Below are positions 1 through 7,043 of a stretch of 32,000 nt of DNA, in pieces. The stretch's first letter is position 1, and each line of letters opens with the position of its first letter. Below the pieces are notes generated by a model. It searched no databases. It worked only from the letters and a program-made list of their open reading frames with translations, and had not been told where the DNA came from. The stretch spans positions 2,490,001 to 2,522,000 of the forward strand of contig NC_010814.1 of assembly GCF_000020385.1 (NCBI RefSeq), read 5' to 3'. The position numbers were made by a program, and so were the translations under genes. The stretch comes from Trichlorobacter lovleyi SZ (GTDB lineage Bacteria > Desulfobacterota > Desulfuromonadia > Geobacterales > Pseudopelobacteraceae).

Positions 1-513
1 ATGGAGATAGTTAACAGCCAAGTCCTGGATATCCCTGTAGCCGGAAGAGTAACGTCATGGCGTCCACTCAGGGTAGTCGTCACTGTTGCGCACAATGAGC
101 TTGTATTTTGGGAAAGACTGGTCGATTCACACATCGCAAGAAAGGATGAAACAGGCCTGCGCTGGTCTGCTGACCGATTTATCACCCATAACGACTCTTT
201 AGCCAAAGTCGCGCTCAAAGAGATCATTGACCAGCAACAGCAACGCGCTGCATGCCTCGACAGTGCCATGCTCACTGCCGGATTGGGAGGTCTCATTGTG
301 TCGCTGGCTTCACCGGCATTTGGGGCAGCCCTGTTAATGATAGCCCTGTTGGTTGGTCAGGCTGGATGGCTGGTGGCCTACAGACTATCACGTCAGATTC
401 AAGTTCTTATCGAGTGGCTGGATAGCAGTAAAGTAAGCCGAACAGCCCTTATAACTGAACAACCACCTTGGCGCAGAAAAGGAGTGGCAGGTCATGATAC
501 TTCCCGGACATGA
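1..513 (+). CDS. hypothetical protein with a hydrophobic hairpin (possible membrane protein)
   Basis: ORF opens at an ATG at nt 1, so the gene may instead continue upstream of the window. Hydrophobic stretch LTAGLGGLIVSLASPAFGAALLMIALLVGQAGWLVAY. No family motif recognised. Confidence 0.35.
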   Translation: MEIVNSQVLDIPVAGRVTSWRPLRVVVTVAHNELVFWERLVDSHIARKDETGLRWSADRFITHNDSLAKVALKEIIDQQQQRAACLDSAMLTAGLGGLIVSLASPAFGAALLMIALLVGQAGWLVAYRLSRQIQVLIEWLDSSKVSRTALITEQPPWRRKGVAGHDTSRT

Positions 514-1216
514 TCACACCTGGATGACGCTCCAGCTCAATTGGCAAGATGCAGCAATCAGGGGTCTTGGGCCTGTGCGGATGGCGCGGGCATCGGTTCG
601 TCGAGAAAGATTTCCATGGGTCACAAGTACAAGTGTTATCGCGGCAATCCAAGATAATGCAACTACGTCTAAAAAACTTTGGCTCTATGCAAGCTCGAAC
701 CCTGACCAGGTTGCCAGGCGCTGGCATCGGCCGTTTCTAATCGCACATAAAGGCGGCATGAGCTTGACTACGGCCGAGGAGTTTTTTTCGTGGCCGATGT
801 GTGAGGCGATCTGGTCGGAGCTACATGATGCAGATGTTACAGACTTGGTAACAATTGTGAGTTGGCCGTATATTACCAAGAGCTGGGTCCAGCATGCATT
901 GCCAGGATGGGATATGGCAGACAACGGCGCAGGTGAGTTGACGTTTTGGCGCAAGACAACGGCAAATTTAGGCGTAGAAGCGATGGTCGAGGTGACGCCA
1001 TCAGCAATCAACATTTACCTGGGTGACGAGATTTTTGCGCCAAGGCTGATTCCGGGCGATCTGGCGTTTTCGTTGCCGGCCCAATTTCCGAATCTGGATA
1101 TTATGTATCATCTTTTGCCAGAACGGATCACGCACGAGGCCCGGGCTGTCATGCGATGGTACCGCAGTGTGCTTTTCCGTGCGACAATATTAGAGGCGCC
1201 ATCAGTAACAATATGA
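494..1216 (+). CDS. hypothetical protein
   Basis: 240-codon ORF overlapping the upstream ORF by 20 nt. The true start is uncertain (internal Met candidates, e.g. MSLTTAEEFF). No motif recognised. Confidence 0.4.
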   Translation: MILPGHDHTWMTLQLNWQDAAIRGLGPVRMARASVRRERFPWVTSTSVIAAIQDNATTSKKLWLYASSNPDQVARRWHRPFLIAHKGGMSLTTAEEFFSWPMCEAIWSELHDADVTDLVTIVSWPYITKSWVQHALPGWDMADNGAGELTFWRKTTANLGVEAMVEVTPSAINIYLGDEIFAPRLIPGDLAFSLPAQFPNLDIMYHLLPERITHEARAVMRWYRSVLFRATILEAPSVTI

Positions 1217-1225
1217 CTAGACGCT

Positions 1226-1575
1226 ATTGTACGCAGTACAATGCAATTGCGCTTTCCTAACGCTTTTTTGTCTTTATTGAAGTCGGGATCTTAGTTGGTC
1301 ATTTGCTTAGCAATGTACGCAGTACATTGTAATTGCGCTTTTCTGACTGGTGAAGGCAATTTCGACGAGAAACAGTCAGGCCAGACGTTTTTTTGTCGTC
1401 TGTTTAGGGCGTAGAGCAAGACAAGCGCAGCCGATTAATGTACGCAGTACATTGCAATTACGCTTTTCTGACCGTTTAACGCGGAATCCCAAGTTTTGCA
1501 GTTTTGGCCAGAAAAAAGAGACGATTTATGTCGTATAAGTAACACGGTTACTTGTAATTGCGCATTTCTGACTGC
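1226..1575. repeat. array of four ~35-bp direct repeats, each a 7-8 bp dyad with a 3-nt spacer followed by a conserved TTG(C/T)AATT(G/A)CGC(T/A)TTTCTGAC tail
   Basis: Copies at 1228-1262, 1314-1349, 1439-1474 and 1538-1574. Dyads are ATTGTAC-GCA-GTACAAT, CAATGTAC-GCA-GTACATTG, AATGTAC-GCA-GTACATT and AAGTAAC-ACG-GTTACTT. The array lies between convergent ORFs, with irregular spacing of 86/125/99 bp. Confidence 0.85.
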
Positions 1576-1606
1576 TATATGACATTGATAATCTGCCATG
1601 CGCTGC

Positions 1607-1864
1607 TCACAGCAATAACTTTTTGCGCCAGTCGATCTTGTAGGGTTTCTGTTGATCGTCTGGAGATATGATTGTGCTGTTATGCTGACTACTGAGGAAT
1701 AGCTGCAAAGCTTCGTCAATAGGAAGGCTAAAGTCAATCTTAGCACTCAAACGGTCATTTGCATCATGGCTAGCAACAATGGCATCGGGAAATGCACTAC
1801 GAACCTGGTTAACTAGCGCATGGATGGTATTACGTTCACCAGACAATCTGAATTTGATCATCAC
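1607..1864 (-). CDS. small hypothetical protein, translationally coupled to the upstream KfrA-like gene
   Basis: GTG at 1864 overlaps the TAG of the upstream ORF by 1 nt, and an ATG lies at 1861. 85 aa, no recognisable motif. Confidence 0.45.
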   Translation of the reverse strand: MMIKFRLSGERNTIHALVNQVRSAFPDAIVASHDANDRLSAKIDFSLPIDEALQLFLSSQHNSTIISPDDQQKPYKIDWRKKLLL

Positions 1865-2673
1865 TATGCTGCCTCCTGTTCAGTCGACAATGTTTTAGGT
1901 GTGCGACGACCTTTACATGATCTGACAGTGTTTAGGGGCGTATCAGCAACAGACATGCCGTCGATCGATGCACCGTTTATCGATGCTTCTGACGGTTGCT
2001 CATCGGTCTGGTTCTGATCAACTTCAGTAGTAGGGTGATCAATGGAAACAGGAGCATTGGTTGTGGCAAGCTGGGCCAACAAAGCAGCATTGACCTGCTC
2101 AAATGTCGCTGCCTTGGCCCGTTCGGCAGCGGCTTCAGCCTTGGCTGTGTCAAGTTCAGCGATCAAACGCGTGACCTGTTGGCGAAGCTGGCCATTCTGA
2201 GCAAGCGCGATATCAACTTCCTCCTCTGCCACTGCCGCCGATTGCAAGGCATCTTGCTTGGTCTGTTCAACCGCCACGCGCAATTTGCCAGCCAAATCAT
2301 CGCTGGTACGCTGCAACACATCAGCCAGCACAGTGGCCAGCTGGCCGAGCATGATCTGCTCCTGCCGGGCATGTTGATCGAGCACGTTCACCAATTCAAT
2401 TGGCAGGGTAGCTGGTGTGGCTTTTATCTGATCACTGACGGCAGGTTGTCGCTCTGCCATAATTTTGTCTCGCATGCGGGTCAAGGTAGATGCTGATGGT
2501 GTCAGGCCGTCATAGCGATCAAATATCCTGGCAGAGATACTTGCAATGGTGGGCGTCTTACCATCAACCCTACTGACATTGCCTTCCGCAATCAAATCAG
2601 CCACGACTTCGGCAACCATCGCTTCGGTGCAAACCCTGCGTGCGCCTGTTACATTGTTGTTGCTTTCCTCCAT
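1864..2673 (-). CDS. KfrA-like plasmid DNA-binding protein (N-terminal DNA-binding head plus long Ala/Gln/Glu-rich coiled-coil tail)
   Basis: The N-terminal ~75 aa (EAMVAEVVADLIAEGNVSRVDGKTPTIASISARI...STLTRMRDKI) resemble the KfrA N-terminal domain. They are followed by ~130 aa of heptad-like helix (LAGKLRVAVEQTKQDALQSAAVAEEEVDIALAQNGQLRQQVTRLIAELDTAKAEAAAERAKA). A perfect dyad lies just upstream. Confidence 0.6.
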   Translation of the reverse strand: MEESNNNVTGARRVCTEAMVAEVVADLIAEGNVSRVDGKTPTIASISARIFDRYDGLTPSASTLTRMRDKIMAERQPAVSDQIKATPATLPIELVNVLDQHARQEQIMLGQLATVLADVLQRTSDDLAGKLRVAVEQTKQDALQSAAVAEEEVDIALAQNGQLRQQVTRLIAELDTAKAEAAAERAKAATFEQVNAALLAQLATTNAPVSIDHPTTEVDQNQTDEQPSEASINGASIDGMSVADTPLNTVRSCKGRRTPKTLSTEQEAA

Positions 2674-2688
2674 TGTCTCTCCTGTCTC

Positions 2689-2733
2689 TCAGTATTATCG
2701 TATTACTCAGTATTACTGATCCAGTAATACTGA
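2689..2733. promoter_or_regulatory. operator-like perfect inverted repeat (12-bp arms) plus partial direct copies, 34-60 nt upstream of the KfrA-like start codon
   Basis: TCAGTATTACTG-ATC-CAGTAATACTGA at 2707-2733. It is preceded by CAGTATTAT/CGTATTACT half-site-like copies at 2690-2706. Confidence 0.55.
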
Positions 2734-2996
2734 ACAACATGACCTGCAATCAGTCTGCAGGATCAATGCCGTGGGATCAGGATGACAAATTGGGTGATCA
2801 AAAAGCAAACCGCCGGAGCATATTTTTTGCAACAACCTGTTATTATGCAGTTTTATTAATTGTGATATGTCAGGTGCGTAGAAATAACAAAAACATCGAC
2901 ATTTGCACTACTGGGCTAGATAGGCTAAAGAAATGATGATGGAGACCGAAACATCTATCTGCGACCATTGGAGCAAGCAAAGGATAAGGAGTGTTG

Positions 2997-3182
2997 ATGT
3001 TTGAAACGCAGTGCAATGAAAAGATGGAAGCGGAAGTCAGAAGGCTTGATGCCAAGCAGCGCGCGATCAGCGCTGGCCACCCTGAATGGGACAATGCCTG
3101 TAAGTTATGTTCTTGCCGCCTGGAAGGGACCAGAGAGGCTACCTGCGTAAACTGTGGTGCCAGTTTACAGAACCCCACCTAG
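2997..3182 (+). CDS. possible small zinc-ribbon protein (61 aa)
   Basis: AGGAG at 2986-2990 lies 6 nt before the ATG at 2997. Two CxxC pairs (CKLC ... CVNC) are 13 residues apart. The ORF sits in an otherwise unassigned gap between the KfrA-like gene and the resolvase gene. Confidence 0.35.
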   Translation: MFETQCNEKMEAEVRRLDAKQRAISAGHPEWDNACKLCSCRLEGTREATCVNCGASLQNPT

Positions 3183-3218
3183 AAAGTCTGACTATCAGCA
3201 CCTATAAATAGGCGCCAG

Positions 3219-3872
3219 TTATGCGGATGCTGTTTTTGTTGTTTTGAAAGAATCCGACTGCCGCCCAGCCTTAGCGCCGATGCCTCTCGATTTGATGTAG
3301 GACAGCAGCGCGGTCCTTGAAACCCCCATCATCCTCGCGATTGCCGAGCGGGCCACACCATACCCCAACAACTCTGCGATCTGCGCTTCCCTGCCATCCA
3401 GTTTGGATTTACTGAGACTGCCTCTTGGCCGCCCAAGCGGCTGACCGGCAGCCTTTCGCCTCGACAGGGCCTCCCTGGTTCGCCCGGAGATCAACTCACG
3501 CTCGACCTCTGCAGCCAACGAGAATGCGAACGCCAGGACCTTTGACTGAATATTATCAGTCAGCTCATATTGACCTTTGATAGCGTAAACCTTTACTCCT
3601 CGCTTTGACAGTATCGACAGAACCTCCATCACCTCCAGCATACTACGCCCTAGACGAGACAGTTCGGTTACGATCAACGTGTCGCTTTTCTTGAATCGCT
3701 CGATCAGCACGCCAAGTTCGCGCTTATCCCAACGAACAGTCCCCGAAACCGTTTCCGTGATGATCTCTACAGTTCCAAGTTTTCTATTGTTCGCAAAATC
3801 CAAGAGAGCGTAGCGCTGGTTCTCGGTATCCTGGCGTGCGGTCGACACCCTGATATAGCCAAAAATCGCCAT
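3219..3872 (-). CDS. serine recombinase (resolvase/invertase family)
   Basis: N-terminal catalytic signature AIFGYIRVSTARQD, the TELSRLGRS motif, and a C-terminal HTH (GVARSAIARMMGVSRTALLSYI). 217 aa is the typical small serine recombinase length. Confidence 0.95.
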   Translation of the reverse strand: MAIFGYIRVSTARQDTENQRYALLDFANNRKLGTVEIITETVSGTVRWDKRELGVLIERFKKSDTLIVTELSRLGRSMLEVMEVLSILSKRGVKVYAIKGQYELTDNIQSKVLAFAFSLAAEVERELISGRTREALSRRKAAGQPLGRPRGSLSKSKLDGREAQIAELLGYGVARSAIARMMGVSRTALLSYIKSRGIGAKAGRQSDSFKTTKTASA

Positions 3873-3931
3873 TCCCCCCCCTTTCCTGCCACCTGTCTAT
3901 TTTTATATATTTTATCATAATATATTTGGCA

Positions 3932-4246
3932 TTAATTGCATATTTTATTTATGTTTTTTATAGCCATATGATGACAACAAAAAACGGACATTTTTATAAT
4001 CAAAACATCCGTACGCTTCTGCCCAAACCCTCCGGTGACAATGCTGAGTATGCCGATAATGATTGATATAATAAGGTAACCAACCGGTTCAGACAGGCTA
4101 CAGTTTTCGCACATAAAAAGCCCGGCAATGAAGCCGCCAGACAGGTAGGCTACGACAAATGAAACCGGAATAAATTGTGCCGGTGGTCGGAGAAGCCAGC
4201 TTGTTATCGTTTTTTCCGTATACCTGTTTAACGGAATGTCCTTCAA
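3932..4246 (-). CDS. small hypothetical membrane protein (2 predicted TM helices)
   Basis: 104-aa ORF with two hydrophobic helices (FIPVSFVVAYLSGGFIAGLFM and VGYLIISIIIGILSIVTGGF). It is AT-rich and compositionally distinct from the upstream genes. Confidence 0.4.
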   Translation of the reverse strand: MKDIPLNRYTEKTITSWLLRPPAQFIPVSFVVAYLSGGFIAGLFMCENCSLSEPVGYLIISIIIGILSIVTGGFGQKRTDVLIIKMSVFCCHHMAIKNINKICN

Positions 4247-4282
4247 TGGTGCTAAAGATCCCTTGGGTGGCTGGAGGCATGT

Positions 4283-5044
4283 CTACTCACAATTTCTCAC
4301 CTCAATAATCTTCCGGCTGTCAAGATCAAGAGCCACCAGGCTACCAAAGCCCACATGCCCCTTGTCGAAGCAGCCGTTATCAAGTTTTATATGATGGGTT
4401 GCCAGAGAGTTCCGAATAGTATGAATATCTGTCATGGTATGACCAACCACCAGGGTTCTGTTTCCGATCATTTCAGGTACCACTTTATAATCTCTGTCCC
4501 ATAGCCTGAAAAAACCAGGCGTGTCGTTAACCGGATCAGCTACTCCGAAATGCAAACCTGCATGTACAAACACGTAGTCATCTGTAGTGAGTATCGTCGG
4601 CAGCATTGAGAGAAATGTGATGTAGTCTTGAGGAATATCTGTTGGCTTTTTTGCACCAAACTGCTGCAGGGTTGCCCAGCCACCATTGCCGTACCAGAAT
4701 TGCCAAGAATCTTCACCGCGTGCAACAGCATTCAACATCATTTTTTCATGATTGCCCAACAGCGGCTGGATAGAGATATCAGTCTGTACATAGAGCTGCA
4801 TCAGATAATCCAGCACCCCCTTGCTGTCAGGTCCGCGATCAATATAGTCGCCAAGCAGGTAGAGGGTATCCCCCTCCACAAGTTCCAGCACATCTTCAAC
4901 CATTCTGCGCAACGTGCGGAAACAGCCATGAATATCCCCAAGCACAAACCTGCGACCAGCTATCGGATTACTGAACCTGCCTGCCCAAGGTTTTTGGGGA
5001 GGAGCCGAACTATCAACCATTGAATTGTTCCCTGCGCTGGTCAC
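4283..5044 (-). CDS. PPP-family metallophosphoesterase (lambda phosphatase / PrpA / ApaH-like)
   Basis: Canonical motifs GDIHGC, GDYIDRGPDS and GNHE are present. The alternative start ATG at 5020 has an AGGGA SD. Either start overlaps the upstream HD gene (32 or 8 nt). Confidence 0.9.
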   Translation of the reverse strand: MTSAGNNSMVDSSAPPQKPWAGRFSNPIAGRRFVLGDIHGCFRTLRRMVEDVLELVEGDTLYLLGDYIDRGPDSKGVLDYLMQLYVQTDISIQPLLGNHEKMMLNAVARGEDSWQFWYGNGGWATLQQFGAKKPTDIPQDYITFLSMLPTILTTDDYVFVHAGLHFGVADPVNDTPGFFRLWDRDYKVVPEMIGNRTLVVGHTMTDIHTIRNSLATHHIKLDNGCFDKGHVGFGSLVALDLDSRKIIEVRNCE

Positions 5045-5585
5045 GGCAAAAATACTGACTATACCCGTCTATCTTCTGCTTGAGACGTGCCGCCAATGCA
5101 GGGCTTGCCTCATGCAATGCATCATAAATCTGTTGTGCCTCTATCTGGTAGCTTTGCATCTTCTCTGTTGTCCAATGTTTGGGTGGCGGTTGCAGGTTGG
5201 TGATCCGATCAGCCAGCTTGACCATCCAGACCTCTCTGGGCTGCTGTTGGATACGTGCCAGACTGTCGGCCATTTTTTCGTATTTGGGCAGGTCATCATG
5301 CTTGGTCAGGGCCTGAACGCCGTTTGCCACAGCCTCGCCAAAAAGATCCTGTACCTGGCTGTACCCGAACGACGTATCCTCTATAACATCATGCAGCAAG
5401 GCACACTGGATTGCCAGATTGCCATCCAGACCAGCCTCAACCGCTAGTGCCGCCGTAACCTCCATGCTAACCATGGTCAGGTGAGTGAGGTAGGGTAGTT
5501 CTGTGCCGGGAACCTTCTGGCCATTGTGGGCATTTGCGGCAAACAGCAGTGCTTTGATATAGCTTTCCTGTGACCAAGGTGTCAT
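5013..5585 (-). CDS. stand-alone RelA/SpoT-type HD hydrolase (small alarmone hydrolase-like, (p)ppGpp pyrophosphohydrolase family)
   Basis: Motifs AHNGQ, PYLTHL, HDVIEDT and KLADRITNL occur in SpoT hydrolase-domain order. 190 aa with no synthetase or regulatory domains. SD GGGAGG lies upstream. Confidence 0.85.
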   Translation of the reverse strand: MTPWSQESYIKALLFAANAHNGQKVPGTELPYLTHLTMVSMEVTAALAVEAGLDGNLAIQCALLHDVIEDTSFGYSQVQDLFGEAVANGVQALTKHDDLPKYEKMADSLARIQQQPREVWMVKLADRITNLQPPPKHWTTEKMQSYQIEAQQIYDALHEASPALAARLKQKIDGYSQYFCRDQRREQFNG

Positions 5586-5643
5586 TGACGATACCTCCCG
5601 AAAAAGTTAGATGAACAGACCGTTACGTTGATCATGGTAGAGG

Positions 5644-7020
5644 CTACAAAAACCCGAACGTCTTTTTCTTTGCCCCGCCTTCAGAAAGCCACTGCTTGAT
5701 CTCATCATACTGGCCCCCTTCGTTGGCAAACTCCGCATAGTTCTTGGCGGTCTCAGCCCATTCGCGGGTAGTTGGTTTGACGGAAGCCAGGACAGCCTTC
5801 AGATCCTGCATGGTAATATCCCGTTCAACTCCTGTTTCAAGCACCTCATACAGTACCCGTTCTGCTGCGGTATCAGCCAGGGCAGTCAGATCAGCTCCTG
5901 AAAACTGTGTCGTCTGTTCAGCCAGCCAGGCAAAGTCAAGTCCGCTATGGGGACGTCCTTTGAAGGCCAGTTTCAATACCGCCTCACGCCCGGTCTGATC
6001 AGGCGGCGGGACAAAGATCAGTTGATCAAACCGTCCGGGTCGCTTGAAGGCACTGTCCACATCCCAAGGGGCATTGGTGGCGCCGATGATCAGCAGGTCA
6101 CAGTTGTCGGTGTCTGCACCGTCCATCTGGTTCAAAAAGGCGTTGATGGTGCCGGTAATGGCGGCATTACGGGAGAGATCACGCTTGCGGCCCAGGGCAT
6201 CAACCTCATCAATAAAAATAATGGCCGGACGGTGTTTGCGAACGGTGTCAAACAGCCGGAACACGTTGCGCTCACTGTTGCCTACATACATGTTGAGGAT
6301 ATCGTGCAGACCGATGCAGAAAAAGGCAGCCTGACACTCACCGGCTATGGCCCGGGCAAACCAGGTCTTGCCGCAACCGGGCGGGCCGTACAGCAGAATG
6401 CCACCTCCGGCGGTTGCGCGATACTTTTTAAACAGCTCCGGGTTTTTAAACGGCTGGATGATCTTCATTCGGGCGGTTTTTTTCAGATCATCCATGCCGC
6501 CCACATCGCTAAAGGTGATGGTTCTGTCTCCCGGAAGCAGCGGTGCAAAGTCAGACAGTTCTTCCAGCCGGTCAGCGTTGCGCTGCTTCAGGCGAATGCG
6601 GGGCTTGATGCCGTGACGCTCAAACAATGCCAGCATCGGCTCGGGATCATAGCCCGGCAGTTTCTCCAACATCTCAGACAGCGCATCCTCGGCCTCTTCA
6701 GCCCGGTCATCCTCAAGATAGGCACGGATCAAGGCAGGGTAAAGCTTAAGCAGTGTGGCATCAGGCAGATCCTTTGCCGAGGCCAGGGTTGTCAGATACG
6801 GGATAGCCTCATCCCTTCTGCCTGATTCAAGCCAGGCAATGGCCAGATCCAACAACAGCCAATGTTCCGAATCTTCCAGGTTGGAGCAAAGCGGTTCCAG
6901 TACGGCACAGGCCTCGCTCCAGCGACCGGCCTCGGCAAGTTTGGTCGAATACAGGCGGACAAGATCACGGTTGTCCGGTGTGGCGTTGTAGGCAGCCTTC
7001 AGCAGGGTCAGTTCATCCAT
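5644..7020 (-). CDS. TPR-fused classical-clade AAA+ ATPase (FtsH/Cdc48-like unfoldase module, no protease domain)
   Basis: Walker A GPPGCGKT, pore loop MYVG, Walker B IIFIDEVD and SRH GATNAPWDVDSAFKRPGRFD are present. The N-terminal ~150 aa are TPR-like. The ATG at 7020 has an AAGGAG SD; the track ORF extends to a TTG at 7047 that overlaps the upstream stop. Confidence 0.9.
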   Translation of the reverse strand: MDELTLLKAAYNATPDNRDLVRLYSTKLAEAGRWSEACAVLEPLCSNLEDSEHWLLLDLAIAWLESGRRDEAIPYLTTLASAKDLPDATLLKLYPALIRAYLEDDRAEEAEDALSEMLEKLPGYDPEPMLALFERHGIKPRIRLKQRNADRLEELSDFAPLLPGDRTITFSDVGGMDDLKKTARMKIIQPFKNPELFKKYRATAGGGILLYGPPGCGKTWFARAIAGECQAAFFCIGLHDILNMYVGNSERNVFRLFDTVRKHRPAIIFIDEVDALGRKRDLSRNAAITGTINAFLNQMDGADTDNCDLLIIGATNAPWDVDSAFKRPGRFDQLIFVPPPDQTGREAVLKLAFKGRPHSGLDFAWLAEQTTQFSGADLTALADTAAERVLYEVLETGVERDITMQDLKAVLASVKPTTREWAETAKNYAEFANEGGQYDEIKQWLSEGGAKKKTFGFL

Positions 7021-7043
7021 AGGTTGTGCTCCTTTAAGTACGA

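Noticed and set aside
1226-1575. Possible CRISPR array, since these are direct repeats with intervening unique sequence.
   Set aside because: There are only four copies. Repeat-to-repeat distances are irregular (86/125/99 bp), so the spacers are 50-90 nt and unequal. The repeats themselves are degenerate, and no cas genes are present in the window.
2640-3178. Track ORFs 2640-2936 (+, 98 aa) and 2870-3178 (-, 102 aa) in the gap between the KfrA-like gene and the resolvase gene.
   Set aside because: The first overlaps the KfrA-like start and runs through the operator palindrome. The second is antisense to the better-supported zinc-ribbon ORF. Neither has an SD or any recognisable feature.
3894-3931. 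A complete Tn3/gamma-delta-type res site upstream of the resolvase gene.
   Set aside because: Only one loose TGTC...GGCA dyad is visible in an AT-rich stretch. I could not identify three subsites or a consensus match, so it is kept only as a low-interest note.
5947-6825. 292-aa + strand ORF, and similar long antisense ORFs at 1996-2496, 4628-5023, 5025-5447, 9062-9484, 10046-10378, 11316-11738, 12209-12553, 14450-15088, 17956-18393, 19887-20210 and 26626-27114.
   Set aside because: All lie entirely inside well-supported minus-strand genes with clear family motifs. Their translations are low-complexity, Arg/Ser/Gly/Ala- or Cys-rich, with no motifs or SDs. These are typical shadow ORFs.
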